Source: an uncultured Calditrichaceae bacterium (GTDB lineage: Bacteria; Calditrichota; Calditrichia; RBG-13-44-9). Taken from it: a stretch of 64,000 nucleotides of DNA. The DNA lies in NCBI GenBank assembly GCA_964452045.1, contig CAYVKM010000002.1:18040-82039 (forward strand). The letters are read 5' to 3'. Shown one piece after another: positions 39,521 to 49,500 of this stretch (position 1 is its first letter; every line of letters starts with the position of its first letter). The notes under the pieces were generated by a model. That model was not told where the DNA came from. It did no database searches and saw only the letters and a program-made list of their open reading frames with translations. The position numbers and the translations under genes are program-made.

Positions 39521-41146
39521 CTAATTGGCTACCAATTCTTTAGAAATTAAGTCCATATCCGACAGAATTTCCTGCATGGCCAGACCAATATTCAATGCTT
39601 CAAGATTTTTCTTGACGTCCTCGCTTGCTTTGTCGCAACCCTGGGCGATCTTCAAACCATTGATATAGACTTTTTCAATGGTCTCCCTGACAAATAACCG
39701 GGCACACGCTTTCATATAGTCAACACTTCTCCCCTGCTCACCTTCATAGACCGCAGCTTTGTGGCACAAAGCATTGGCCACCTCGCACCAAGTCATCATG
39801 TCTGCCAGAAGGAACATAACATACTGAAAACTGGTCAAGCGGCACTGCCGCGCAGTCATTATAACCTGATTCATGGCCCGGATGGTTTGTGCCAGTAACG
39901 GACCATCAGTGTCCGAGGGAAGTTTATCCAGATCTTTAGCGAACTCCTCGTAGAATTCCCCGTTGGTTCGAACAGTGGATCGTAAGCGAAACATGGATAT
40001 GATATTCTGTTGAATTTCGCTGGTACCCTCATAAATGGTCAATATTTTGATGTCCCGCTTTATTTTTTCCACTTCATATTCACGCATATACCCATAACCG
40101 CCAAAAGCCTGAATGCCATCATTCGCCATTTTATCGCCTGCCTCAGTTGAAAAATATTTGGCAATAGAGCCCTCCACCTGACGGTCTACATCTGAGGAAT
40201 CCAATTTGTAGGTTGATTCCTCAATAAATGCCCGTGCGGCCTCCAATTGAACGGCATGGGGAACAATAAGCTTATGGGTGTAACCCTGTTTTTCTGCCAG
40301 AGTTGTTTTAAACTGGACTCGCTCTTTGGAATATTTTAAGACCCTTTCCAAAGAAGCCATACCGCCACCCAAACCGAAGGCAGCCACCATTAACCGGGTG
40401 TAACCGAATACTTCATTGGCCTGCTTCAGGCCCTGGCCTTCAATACCACCAAGTAAATTTTCAGCAGGAACAAAAACATCCTCCAGAACCAGAGGGCTGG
40501 TATTTGAAGCACGAATACCATGTTTATCCTCATGTTTGCCAGGCTGCAATCCGGGTGTGCCTTTTTCCACCACAAAAAAAGAAGGACCTTCCGGTGTTTC
40601 CGCCAGAATTGTATATAAATCTGCTACTGCTGCGTTGGTAATAAACTGCTTCTGTCCATTGATCTTATAACCTTTGACCTTTCCGGAATCATCCAATACT
40701 CTTTCTGCTTTCGTTTTTAGCGCCTGGACATTAGAACCGGCATTCGGTTCGGTTACACCATAGGCCATCATCAGACCTTCTTCAGCGATTCGTGGAATAT
40801 ATTTAGATTTCTGATCCGGAGTGGCTCCTACTCGGATCGGATCCATTCCCAGACAAACCACCAGAAACGACGTGGCGATGGCTAAATCCATTTTGGCCAT
40901 TCGTTCTGAAATCACAGCTAGTTCATAGGCACTTGCACCCAGGCCGCCATATTCTTCGGAGATAAACAGCAGATGCAGCCCCATTTCAGGTCCCATAATA
41001 AACCTGATCAGATCGGACGGATATTCACCGGTAAAATCCAATTTTAATTTTGTTTCGAGGGGTAGTTTTTCCTTTTCCAATTTGTTAATAGAATCCAGAA
41101 TCATTTCGAACATTTCCGGATCTATTTTCCGTTGCTGCTTTAACAT
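39521..41146 (-). CDS. Acyl-CoA dehydrogenase family protein with ~150-aa C-terminal extension
   Basis: 541 aa; ACAD N/M/C domains (MAYGVTEPNAGSNV; FVVEKGTPG); extra alpha-helical C-terminal region. Confidence 0.7.
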   Translation of the reverse strand: MLKQQRKIDPEMFEMILDSINKLEKEKLPLETKLKLDFTGEYPSDLIRFIMGPEMGLHLLFISEEYGGLGASAYELAVISERMAKMDLAIATSFLVVCLGMDPIRVGATPDQKSKYIPRIAEEGLMMAYGVTEPNAGSNVQALKTKAERVLDDSGKVKGYKINGQKQFITNAAVADLYTILAETPEGPSFFVVEKGTPGLQPGKHEDKHGIRASNTSPLVLEDVFVPAENLLGGIEGQGLKQANEVFGYTRLMVAAFGLGGGMASLERVLKYSKERVQFKTTLAEKQGYTHKLIVPHAVQLEAARAFIEESTYKLDSSDVDRQVEGSIAKYFSTEAGDKMANDGIQAFGGYGYMREYEVEKIKRDIKILTIYEGTSEIQQNIISMFRLRSTVRTNGEFYEEFAKDLDKLPSDTDGPLLAQTIRAMNQVIMTARQCRLTSFQYVMFLLADMMTWCEVANALCHKAAVYEGEQGRSVDYMKACARLFVRETIEKVYINGLKIAQGCDKASEDVKKNLEALNIGLAMQEILSDMDLISKELVAN

Positions 41147-41465
41147 AAGGAGGCCTCCTTATTGAATGTTTCCAATTTACTTTTTAGAAATCGTTGAAAA
41201 TAAAGTGCTTAATATAATTAGATTGACGGAAAAAACGAATAAAAAATTAAGTTTTAGGTGATAGCATAACTTCATTGTAAGCCAATGTATAATTATTTCT
41301 GTGAATCAAAATCAATGACCTGATATTTTTGATGCATCAGGTATTTGTATGACAATTTTCCAGAAAATAATTTCAGAACATTTTCAAATATTTGATCTAA
41401 TAAATTTGGTTTTTATAAAACTATATTTTATTTTAAAGTGAATTATCCGTTATGGGGAGGTCACA

Positions 41466-42677
41466 ATGTTACATGGATCGGATTTTCGCTTTCAGCGCCA
41501 CCTGGAACTATGGAAAGAACAAAATAAGCAAATTAAAAGGGTGGTGATTGGTATCCTTATCTTTGGATTTCTGGTTCTGATCCGAGTTCTGATTCCCTTT
41601 CATGACGAAACTGAACATTCCTTAAAAGTAATTCTCAGTCTCACTGCCGAAAAAGACAGTCTAGATCAGATTAATAGCATTTATCTGAATTTGGGCGATT
41701 CTCTAAAGATCGTACAACAGGCAATTCAGTCTGAACCATGGGAGATAGAAAAGGAAAATCTTATCCGAAAATTTGCCCGGATTAACCGGGAAGGCCGCCC
41801 GGTGGATGCTCAAAAAGTAGCCGATTCTACTATCTTGAAAATCGTAAAAATAATTCGACAGCAGATTATAAAACCGTTAGATAATGAGTTGGATAATGTT
41901 GACCGGCAGAATTTTGATTTAAATGAACTCAGCAATCAGATAGAAGATTTTTCACAATTTATAAAACGGTGGGAAAAAGACCATATAGGGGTGCGCTGGT
42001 TTGGTACCATTTCTGAAAAAAATCGGGAAATTTTCGAACTTACCCAACAATTAAATCTGCGAACAAAAAATTTAGCCGAGGCACTGAGACAAAAAGAAAG
42101 ATCCTTAAAACAAGAAATTCAAAACCGGAATGAAAAAATTGCCACAATTTCGCAGGAAGTTGCTCAAGAAAAAACAGATCTGCAAAAAGTGCTACAGGAT
42201 CTGCTTCCCAAATGGTTGCAAGGGATTATCAGTGTGGAGCAGATGATTCAGCTTTATCCGTTATTTCTTTTAATCCTTATGCTATATAGTGCATGGATTG
42301 TTTTTAACCTCTCGAGACATTATTATTACTTCTCGACCCAGATGATGGCGACTGCTCAGGAAAAAACAGACCTGGCCCTCTCCTCAATCTGGACCATTAC
42401 TCAAAAAGCGAAAAGGGATGTCATACTCACCAAGGCCACATACATTTTATACATCGTTATCATCTGGTACTTCTGTGAATATGGGATTTCAATTGATTCA
42501 CATTGGCTAAAAATAGTTGCTTCGGAAGTTCCAATTTATAACAATCAAATCCTTTTGGCAGTAACATGGTTTACCAGGATAGTATTCGCAGCAATGCTGA
42601 TATTTATAATTTTTTGTCGACAGCTCACCTGCATCCGTAGATTTTCTCCCGGTTGGCCGGATTTAAATAATAAATAA
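41466..42677 (+). CDS. Hypothetical polytopic membrane protein with long central coiled-coil
   Basis: 403 aa. N-terminal TM (VVIGILIFGFLVLIRVLI), a ~200-aa charged coiled-coil region, then three C-terminal TM helices. Contains an internal near-repeat, AQEKTDL. Confidence 0.4.
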   Translation: MLHGSDFRFQRHLELWKEQNKQIKRVVIGILIFGFLVLIRVLIPFHDETEHSLKVILSLTAEKDSLDQINSIYLNLGDSLKIVQQAIQSEPWEIEKENLIRKFARINREGRPVDAQKVADSTILKIVKIIRQQIIKPLDNELDNVDRQNFDLNELSNQIEDFSQFIKRWEKDHIGVRWFGTISEKNREIFELTQQLNLRTKNLAEALRQKERSLKQEIQNRNEKIATISQEVAQEKTDLQKVLQDLLPKWLQGIISVEQMIQLYPLFLLILMLYSAWIVFNLSRHYYYFSTQMMATAQEKTDLALSSIWTITQKAKRDVILTKATYILYIVIIWYFCEYGISIDSHWLKIVASEVPIYNNQILLAVTWFTRIVFAAMLIFIIFCRQLTCIRRFSPGWPDLNNK

Positions 42678-42686
42678 GAGATTTGT

Positions 42687-44000
42687 ATGTCATTGAAAAA
42701 TCAACTATTCGTATTAATACTTTTTATTCTCAGCATTATCCTTGGAAATTACTCACACCTCTTGGCGATAGACTTCTTCGACGATCAACTGGGAAAAAAA
42801 TCTCCCGAACAATCTTATGTTACTGCTGTGGCAGCTGAAAATAGTGACAGCTTAATGGAATATATTGCAAATTTTCCCAGGAACGACTTTGCTGCCCTTG
42901 CGGCCTGCAGGTACATATTGTTAGAACTTAAACAGGGTAGTCAGTTGGAATTGTTGGTAAATAATCTTAATGAAATTGGCCTGGAGGCCCATATTATCCA
43001 ACTTTATTCCGGTACCAGAATCAAAACGGAGAGTTTACCCAGGGCAGTCTTTTTTCCAAAAACACGATTGAGAATGGTAGTAAAACAAAACTATCAGAGT
43101 CAGCTTGATAAGGATCCAACTATACAATATTATTTAGATTATGGAAAATGTTGTGATATCCCCTTCGACGCCTTTCACCTGATTGCCCGAAAAGGATACT
43201 ATAAAATTAAGGACAACGATATTCAATTTTTCGTATCCAAAACTTCTAATCAGAATTATATCAAATCTACCTTTGCTCAAGTTCAATTAATTTTAAAAGA
43301 TTTGAGTTATCAACTTGGGTATAAATCAATTTCAGGAGTAATTTCCAAACAATATTTCAGAGATTTACTGATTAACCGTAGAATAACCATTTTTTGCTAC
43401 GATTCTACCGAATTCAAACAGAGATACAATTTAAAAGAATCCGGATGGCCATATCCCAAAGATGGTCTAATTTATCTGAACACTTCCAAACTCACCACCA
43501 ACCAGTATCTTGAGCAACTTCTAAATCAGCTAACACATATTATGATCGGCGGCAACCCTGAGAACTTACTTCATGCATACAACCGATGGTTTGATTTCGG
43601 ATTTGCAGGTTGGAGTACTTATAGCTATTTAAAATTTCACAGTTTGAATCATCAAAGTGACCATCAAAAATCAAAAATGGAAAATGATTTCCGACAGATC
43701 AAAGAAAAAGCTCAAAACCTCAAAAAAAGTACCAAATACAAAAACCTGAGATTAAAGTCAATCAACAAAATCTATAACGATTCTAAAAACTTGACTGAAC
43801 TAAGTGAAGCTGACACACTTTCGGCGAGTATCATGGTATATATTATTGAGACCCAGGGAATTCCCAAATTGATTGAGTTAGCTGGTCGGATTAGCCACAA
43901 AGGTCAAAACCTCACCGAAAGGAGTATCCACGATGTTTTTGGAATAGATTACCAGGGCATCGAACAAAAATGGAACAAATGGCTATCAGATATTCAATAA
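42687..44000 (+). CDS. Hypothetical secreted protein (437 aa)
   Basis: Signal peptide (LFVLILFILSIILG); no recognisable catalytic motif; 9-bp gap from the upstream gene. Confidence 0.4.
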   Translation: MSLKNQLFVLILFILSIILGNYSHLLAIDFFDDQLGKKSPEQSYVTAVAAENSDSLMEYIANFPRNDFAALAACRYILLELKQGSQLELLVNNLNEIGLEAHIIQLYSGTRIKTESLPRAVFFPKTRLRMVVKQNYQSQLDKDPTIQYYLDYGKCCDIPFDAFHLIARKGYYKIKDNDIQFFVSKTSNQNYIKSTFAQVQLILKDLSYQLGYKSISGVISKQYFRDLLINRRITIFCYDSTEFKQRYNLKESGWPYPKDGLIYLNTSKLTTNQYLEQLLNQLTHIMIGGNPENLLHAYNRWFDFGFAGWSTYSYLKFHSLNHQSDHQKSKMENDFRQIKEKAQNLKKSTKYKNLRLKSINKIYNDSKNLTELSEADTLSASIMVYIIETQGIPKLIELAGRISHKGQNLTERSIHDVFGIDYQGIEQKWNKWLSDIQ

Positions 44001-44172
44001 TACGTATCTGGATTCCAATAATAAAAATGAAAGGTACTTTGCCAAAAATGGATATCTGAATGTTGTTTGCAAAATGGAACATAAAATTTTCGGCATCTCA
44101 GAAAAGCACTTTTAATTGAAAGGATTGTTGAGTATATTTTTAAAAAAGACCAAGAAACCTGGAGGAGAGAAA

Positions 44173-44568
44173 ATGAAAAGATTTTCAGCGCTTTTTGTTC
44201 TGGTTATTATTTTGTTTGCCTTAAATATGGTTTCTGCTCAGGAAGCAGCGCTTAAAGTAGCGGAAATGGAATTTTGTACCGGGGTACAGGACAGGCAACC
44301 TGTAAATGCCGATACAACGTTTTTGAGTACCGTAGAAAATGTTTATTGTTTTACTCAAATTACCGGTGCCACTGAACCAACTACTATTAAACACGTTTGG
44401 TACTATAATGGCGAGGAGAAAGCCAGCGTTGAATTAAATGTTGGTGGAGACAACTGGAGGACCTGGAGCTCTAAACGAATTTTAGAAGATTGGACCGGCA
44501 AATGGCGGGTCGATGTTGTTTCAGTGTCAGGTGAAATTCTTATGAGTAAAGGATTTACAGTTAAATAG
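44173..44568 (+). CDS. Small secreted hypothetical protein (~131 aa)
   Basis: RBS GGAGGAG precedes the ATG at 44173. Signal peptide MKRFSALFVLVIILFALNMVSA, then a beta-rich mature domain. Confidence 0.45.
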   Translation: MKRFSALFVLVIILFALNMVSAQEAALKVAEMEFCTGVQDRQPVNADTTFLSTVENVYCFTQITGATEPTTIKHVWYYNGEEKASVELNVGGDNWRTWSSKRILEDWTGKWRVDVVSVSGEILMSKGFTVK

Positions 44569-44638
44569 ATTTACAATCAAGTGTTATACTGGTTTTCGGT
44601 TCTATAGAAACAACATTCATTTAAATTTATAAGAAAAT

Positions 44639-44671
44639 ACCCCTGGTTCATTTGAATCAGGGGTTTTCTTA
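44639..44671. terminator. Bidirectional rho-independent terminator between convergent genes
   Basis: Stem cccctggttca/tgaatcagggg (11 bp, one mismatch), 2-nt loop, followed by TTTTCTT on the plus strand and preceded by a T-rich run on the minus strand. Confidence 0.6.
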
Positions 44672-46567
44672 TTAGAACGCAAAGGAGATACTGATGTGGA
44701 ACTCTCCTCTTGACTCATATTTTTGGGGGCGAAGCTTTATTCCATAATCGAAACGAAGTGGTCCAACCGGGGTAATGATTGCTAAACCTGATCCCACAGA
44801 GGGTTTGATATCTACAAATTTAAAATCCTCGTTATCCCGCCACACATTTCCGGCATCCATAAAAACCTCCCCCCAAAAAAGCCAAAAAAGTGGAATCCTT
44901 AATTCGAGATTACCAAGAACTACTAACTTCCCACCCAAAGCAATCGGATTCTTGCCCTCATCATCATACTGAACCGGCCCTAATAATTGTTCCCGGTATC
45001 CCCGAACAGTAGAAGCTCCGCCCAGATAATAACGTTCTGACAAAGGAATTAATGATCGTTTACCCAGTTCAACGATACTTCCTATCCTGATACGCGAAGC
45101 CAAAACCCAGGATTTCTTCAGCGGTAAACCCTGATACCGGTTCCATTGCACCATGAATTTAAGAAATCGATTATCAGAAATACTCGAAGAACTATTATCC
45201 CGACTTCTGGAATATGCAAATTTGACATCTGTTTCCACCACCGATCCGTTATGGGTATTGAGATAATTGTCTCGTTTATCCTGAACCAACCGGGTGCTCA
45301 CTGAATAAATAAAATCCTGCCCCTTTGTTTGCTGATAAAATTCCGAACTAAGTGTGTCCCCAGTTAAAATATTCACCCGATTGTAGGCTATGGTTCCGGA
45401 GGTTTGCCAATTATTTTCAAAATTATGTTTTACCTGAAATGATGAGGTGAAGTAATTATAGTTGGCCGAATACAATGGACGGACCTGAAGATATGATACC
45501 TGGAAAATACCCGGGGTACGAGTATAGCCTATCCATGGTTCAATATAAGTCAGGCTGTATTGATTCTTAGGATTGATAAAACTATTCACCCGAAAGTCAT
45601 AAGAAAACGATGGAATAACATCCAGTGAAATTGATCTGGCTGTTCCAAACAAATTTCTATGACCAAACTCCAGGGTAAAATCAAAAGTACCGCCATAAAC
45701 GATTTCCTGTTCATAGGCAACACCAAATCTTACCGCCACCCAACGTGGTTTTTTTTCAACCACTTTAATCAAGAGTTTAACCTGGCTTCGAACGCTATCA
45801 ATCGCACTTAAATCCATTCCAACAAAGTCAAATAATCCGGTGCTGTAAATATTTTTTTGAGATTTTTCGATCCCTTTTCTGGAATAAATATCATTTTTAT
45901 GAATCTCTAATTCCCGACGAATTATAAAACTTTTTACATTTTGAATCCCGATATAATCAATGTCGCTGATGTATACCGTTTCATTTTCCTTGATATTTAT
46001 GGTTAAAAAAATGAGTGAATCCGAAATGGACTGCTCTTCCTTAATTTCAATATAGGGTTTGCCATGGTTATAATACCAGTTTTCAATCTGGTTTAATCCA
46101 TCATCGATCTTGCTTCGAATATAAGGCTCACCATCCTTAAGTGTTATAGAAGAACGAAGCTCCTCTGAGGTTCTAATTTGGCTGCTAATAAATTTTATAC
46201 CCCCGAAAAAGAATCTCCTGCCTTCGGAGATTTTATAAATAACATCAATGTTGTCACCTTTACGCTCGACTTCTTCATCCACCCATACGTTTAAGAATCC
46301 CTTTCCCAGATAATAATTTGTAATAATAATTTTATCTAAACGATAGAGTTTACTATTGAATTCTTTTTTTTCGCTGATTTTAATTATCTCTTTAAGCTCT
46401 GAACTCTTAATAAATTTATTACCTTCAAAGGTGATGCTTTTTACCCTAAGTTTTGCCTGAAGGGTAAGCGGTGTGATTAAGGCAAAAAAAACCAGCAATA
46501 AAAAAAGCTTAAAAGTTGTATTGCCAGTTAAGGTCGACTTTGAATTTGTCATATAGTTGTTTTTCAT
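44672..46567 (-). CDS. tamA: Omp85-family outer membrane protein, TamA-like (POTRA domains plus 16-strand barrel)
   Basis: The signal peptide starts at MKNNYMT...LTLQA. POTRA-like repeats. The C-terminal surface-antigen barrel ends ...GEFHISISFAF. The ORF-track start at 46735 lies inside the upstream gene. Confidence 0.65.
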   Translation of the reverse strand: MKNNYMTNSKSTLTGNTTFKLFLLLVFFALITPLTLQAKLRVKSITFEGNKFIKSSELKEIIKISEKKEFNSKLYRLDKIIITNYYLGKGFLNVWVDEEVERKGDNIDVIYKISEGRRFFFGGIKFISSQIRTSEELRSSITLKDGEPYIRSKIDDGLNQIENWYYNHGKPYIEIKEEQSISDSLIFLTINIKENETVYISDIDYIGIQNVKSFIIRRELEIHKNDIYSRKGIEKSQKNIYSTGLFDFVGMDLSAIDSVRSQVKLLIKVVEKKPRWVAVRFGVAYEQEIVYGGTFDFTLEFGHRNLFGTARSISLDVIPSFSYDFRVNSFINPKNQYSLTYIEPWIGYTRTPGIFQVSYLQVRPLYSANYNYFTSSFQVKHNFENNWQTSGTIAYNRVNILTGDTLSSEFYQQTKGQDFIYSVSTRLVQDKRDNYLNTHNGSVVETDVKFAYSRSRDNSSSSISDNRFLKFMVQWNRYQGLPLKKSWVLASRIRIGSIVELGKRSLIPLSERYYLGGASTVRGYREQLLGPVQYDDEGKNPIALGGKLVVLGNLELRIPLFWLFWGEVFMDAGNVWRDNEDFKFVDIKPSVGSGLAIITPVGPLRFDYGIKLRPQKYESRGEFHISISFAF

Positions 46568-49500
46568 AATAAGTTGATACTGACCAGTCCCGGTTAAATC
46601 TGTATTCCAGATAAATTTGATCACCTGCATCCCATCCCAGACGAGGAGTCGGTATCTCACCCATACCTGGTAGACCCGATGAGCCGAGCTGGGTTTTGTA
46701 TTCCAGATAGAGATTTGGAGTAATATATTTACCAAGTGACAGAATGCTTCTTTCTGAAGGCATATTTAAACGCTGGGTAGTGTAATCCACACTACTCTGG
46801 GAATTCTCAACCCGTATTTCATCCAGGCCAATAAATTGCCGTGCCTCTCGTTCCACCCGTGAAATTAGGGCCTGACTGATTACCTCTTGCCCTTTATCGA
46901 GGACCAGGTTCCCGGCACTACTGCCCAATTCATTAAAGGTAACACCAAATAAGAGAAGCGAAATCTGATCCTTGGTCTCCGGATAAAGGTTAGTAATGTC
47001 CTGCAAGGTCTGCAAATCGAAGATCCTGATCTCCTTAACCGGATTATTGATATTACCGGTAACATGCAATTGAAAAAGAAAACCATATTTTCTGGTTTCA
47101 GCGGTGATATCGAGGTTTGGCAATTCCTTGGGATTTATGAATTCAATCCGGCCGTCCCGGATATTAAATTCCTCAAACTGATAGTATTTACCTTTAGGCA
47201 CCTCCAGATTTCCGTACATCTCCATTAATCCTTTTGGTTCCTGAGTTATTTTCAGATCTCCGGTAATCATCATTTCAAACGAGTTAAAGGTTGCGCTACT
47301 ACGAATATAGAAATTACCGGGGATAGAAACATCCAGCATATACTGAAGAAATGGAGGTGTCTCCCGCGTACCAGTTGATAATAAAAGATTTTTTTCAGAT
47401 TCTTTTAAATTGAGGTCGACTTCGCCTTTATGAACAGTCACATTTCCTTTCACCAGAATGGTATCCTTACCGGTTATGGTTAAATTATTGGCCGAGACTA
47501 TTAGCCGGGCATTCTCCAGATAGTAATTGATGAAGATTTGATTGGCATTGAGTTTCAAATCGATTTTAGGTCTGTTTAATTCGGCAAAATCCACATCACC
47601 GGAGAGCCGGAATTTACCATTCTTCTTTGTGGGGTAAAGCAGTTTTCTGATCGGGGAAAATAAAATAGAAGTAAACTTCTGGAAAACATTTTTATCAGTC
47701 ACATCACCCTGCAGCAGTGCATTGCTTTTCTTGATCTTAAGAACATGGCCTTCAAAAACTGACTCGAGCTGTAAATTGGAAATGGGATTTTCCAGTTTGG
47801 ACAGATATAATGTGCCCTCAGTTACATTGAAATGCCCGCCGGTTACTTTCGGTTTTTCGATGGTACCCCCCAGGTTAACCACCGCATCAATTTTACCAAG
47901 CAGCAGGTCGACTTCGGGAGTAAGTACATTTAAAAAATTTACCGTATCTTCCCGGACACTCATTTGAAGTGAAAATTTCTGATCGCTGAAAATATCCGCT
48001 AAATTATCAATGTCCCAATTGATGACCTTCTCACCAGTCAGGCCAATATTGGTATCCATGAAATTGAGTTTACCCTCATCCAGGGTTATCGCAGAAGCCG
48101 ATAAATGTCCCTTAAAATTAAACCGGGGTATTTCATAATCCCGGTATCGGATATTTTCACCAAAAAGATTATATTCTCCTTTAGGTTGATTTACTTTTCC
48201 CGATATTTCTACCTGCCCACCAAAATTACCTGTCACCGGAAAATTAAATTTCTTAAAAAACGGATAATTTTGAATATCAATATTGGAAAATTCGGCGCTG
48301 AAATCTATATCCCGGTGGAGCAGTGATTGCTCCTCTTCAGATTTTCTCTCCTCCGGAATGATGATTTGTCCCTGCATGGAAAAAGACGTCGCAGGTGGTT
48401 TCTTCAGTTGAAAATAATCGATCTTAAGAATATCATCATCATAGACAAACCGGGCATCAACATTTCCGACCGTATCGGTATCCATGATAAAATTTTGTAA
48501 TTCCATATATGTTTCAACCAATGGATTTTTCATTTCACCAGTAATTTCAACAGAGATTTCCAATAGACCCTGAAGGGAATATTCCCACTGCAAAAACTGG
48601 TTGAACGGGAATAATTGAATATTTTTGAAATAGACAGCCAGACCGCTTTCCCCTTCAAAATCAACCATTCCCCGGACCTCTATTTCGCCATTACCAGTAG
48701 CATTTAAGACAAAGTCTTCTATAATCAGGGAATCGTTCTTCAGGACTGCCATAAGGGTATCGGTTGCACTGATTGAATAGTTTTCATACAAAAAATTAAA
48801 ATTCGAAAGTTTGATATCAACTTTTTCCGGAGTTTCCTCAATTGTCCCGCGAAGAGTTACATAATTATCTTCATTATAGAAACTGACCGTATCCAATGTC
48901 AGGATATTTTTTTTAATTTTCAGGTTCATAAGTCCATCGGTCAATGGAATATACTGGATAATACCGGAAGAGAGCTCGAGTTTAAAATATCCCAGCCTTT
49001 CCGAAAAAATATCATCAACTTCAAATCTACCTTCAACACCATATGCCCTATTTTTTTCATAAAGAAGTGAATCGAGAAGCACATAACCCCTGACATTCGG
49101 ATCATTGATTTTACCAAAGATATCTATATCCAGACTGCCAAGACCGCCAATATGCCCCAAATTTAAACGAGTAGCCAGTGTATCAATCAGGTTCTCGTCT
49201 GTGTAGAAATGAAAATCAACAATCCCATCCCGACTCATTTCTCCATCCATAAAAAACTGGGAAGATTTTTCCACAATCAGTCTGGAACGCTTTTGAAGTT
49301 CCCAATTCCCCTCTTGGACTTTGAGATTTAAATAGACTGAATCAACCCGAGATGGACCATAGGCAAGTTGATACAGACTGGCAATGCCATCCCCGGTAAT
49401 CTTCTGAATATCCCAGGTATTAAAGTCGAGATTTAATGATCCATTGATTTCAGTTGGTTCAGCAGAAAATCCCGTTTTTTTAAGGTTAAAATCCCGAAAA

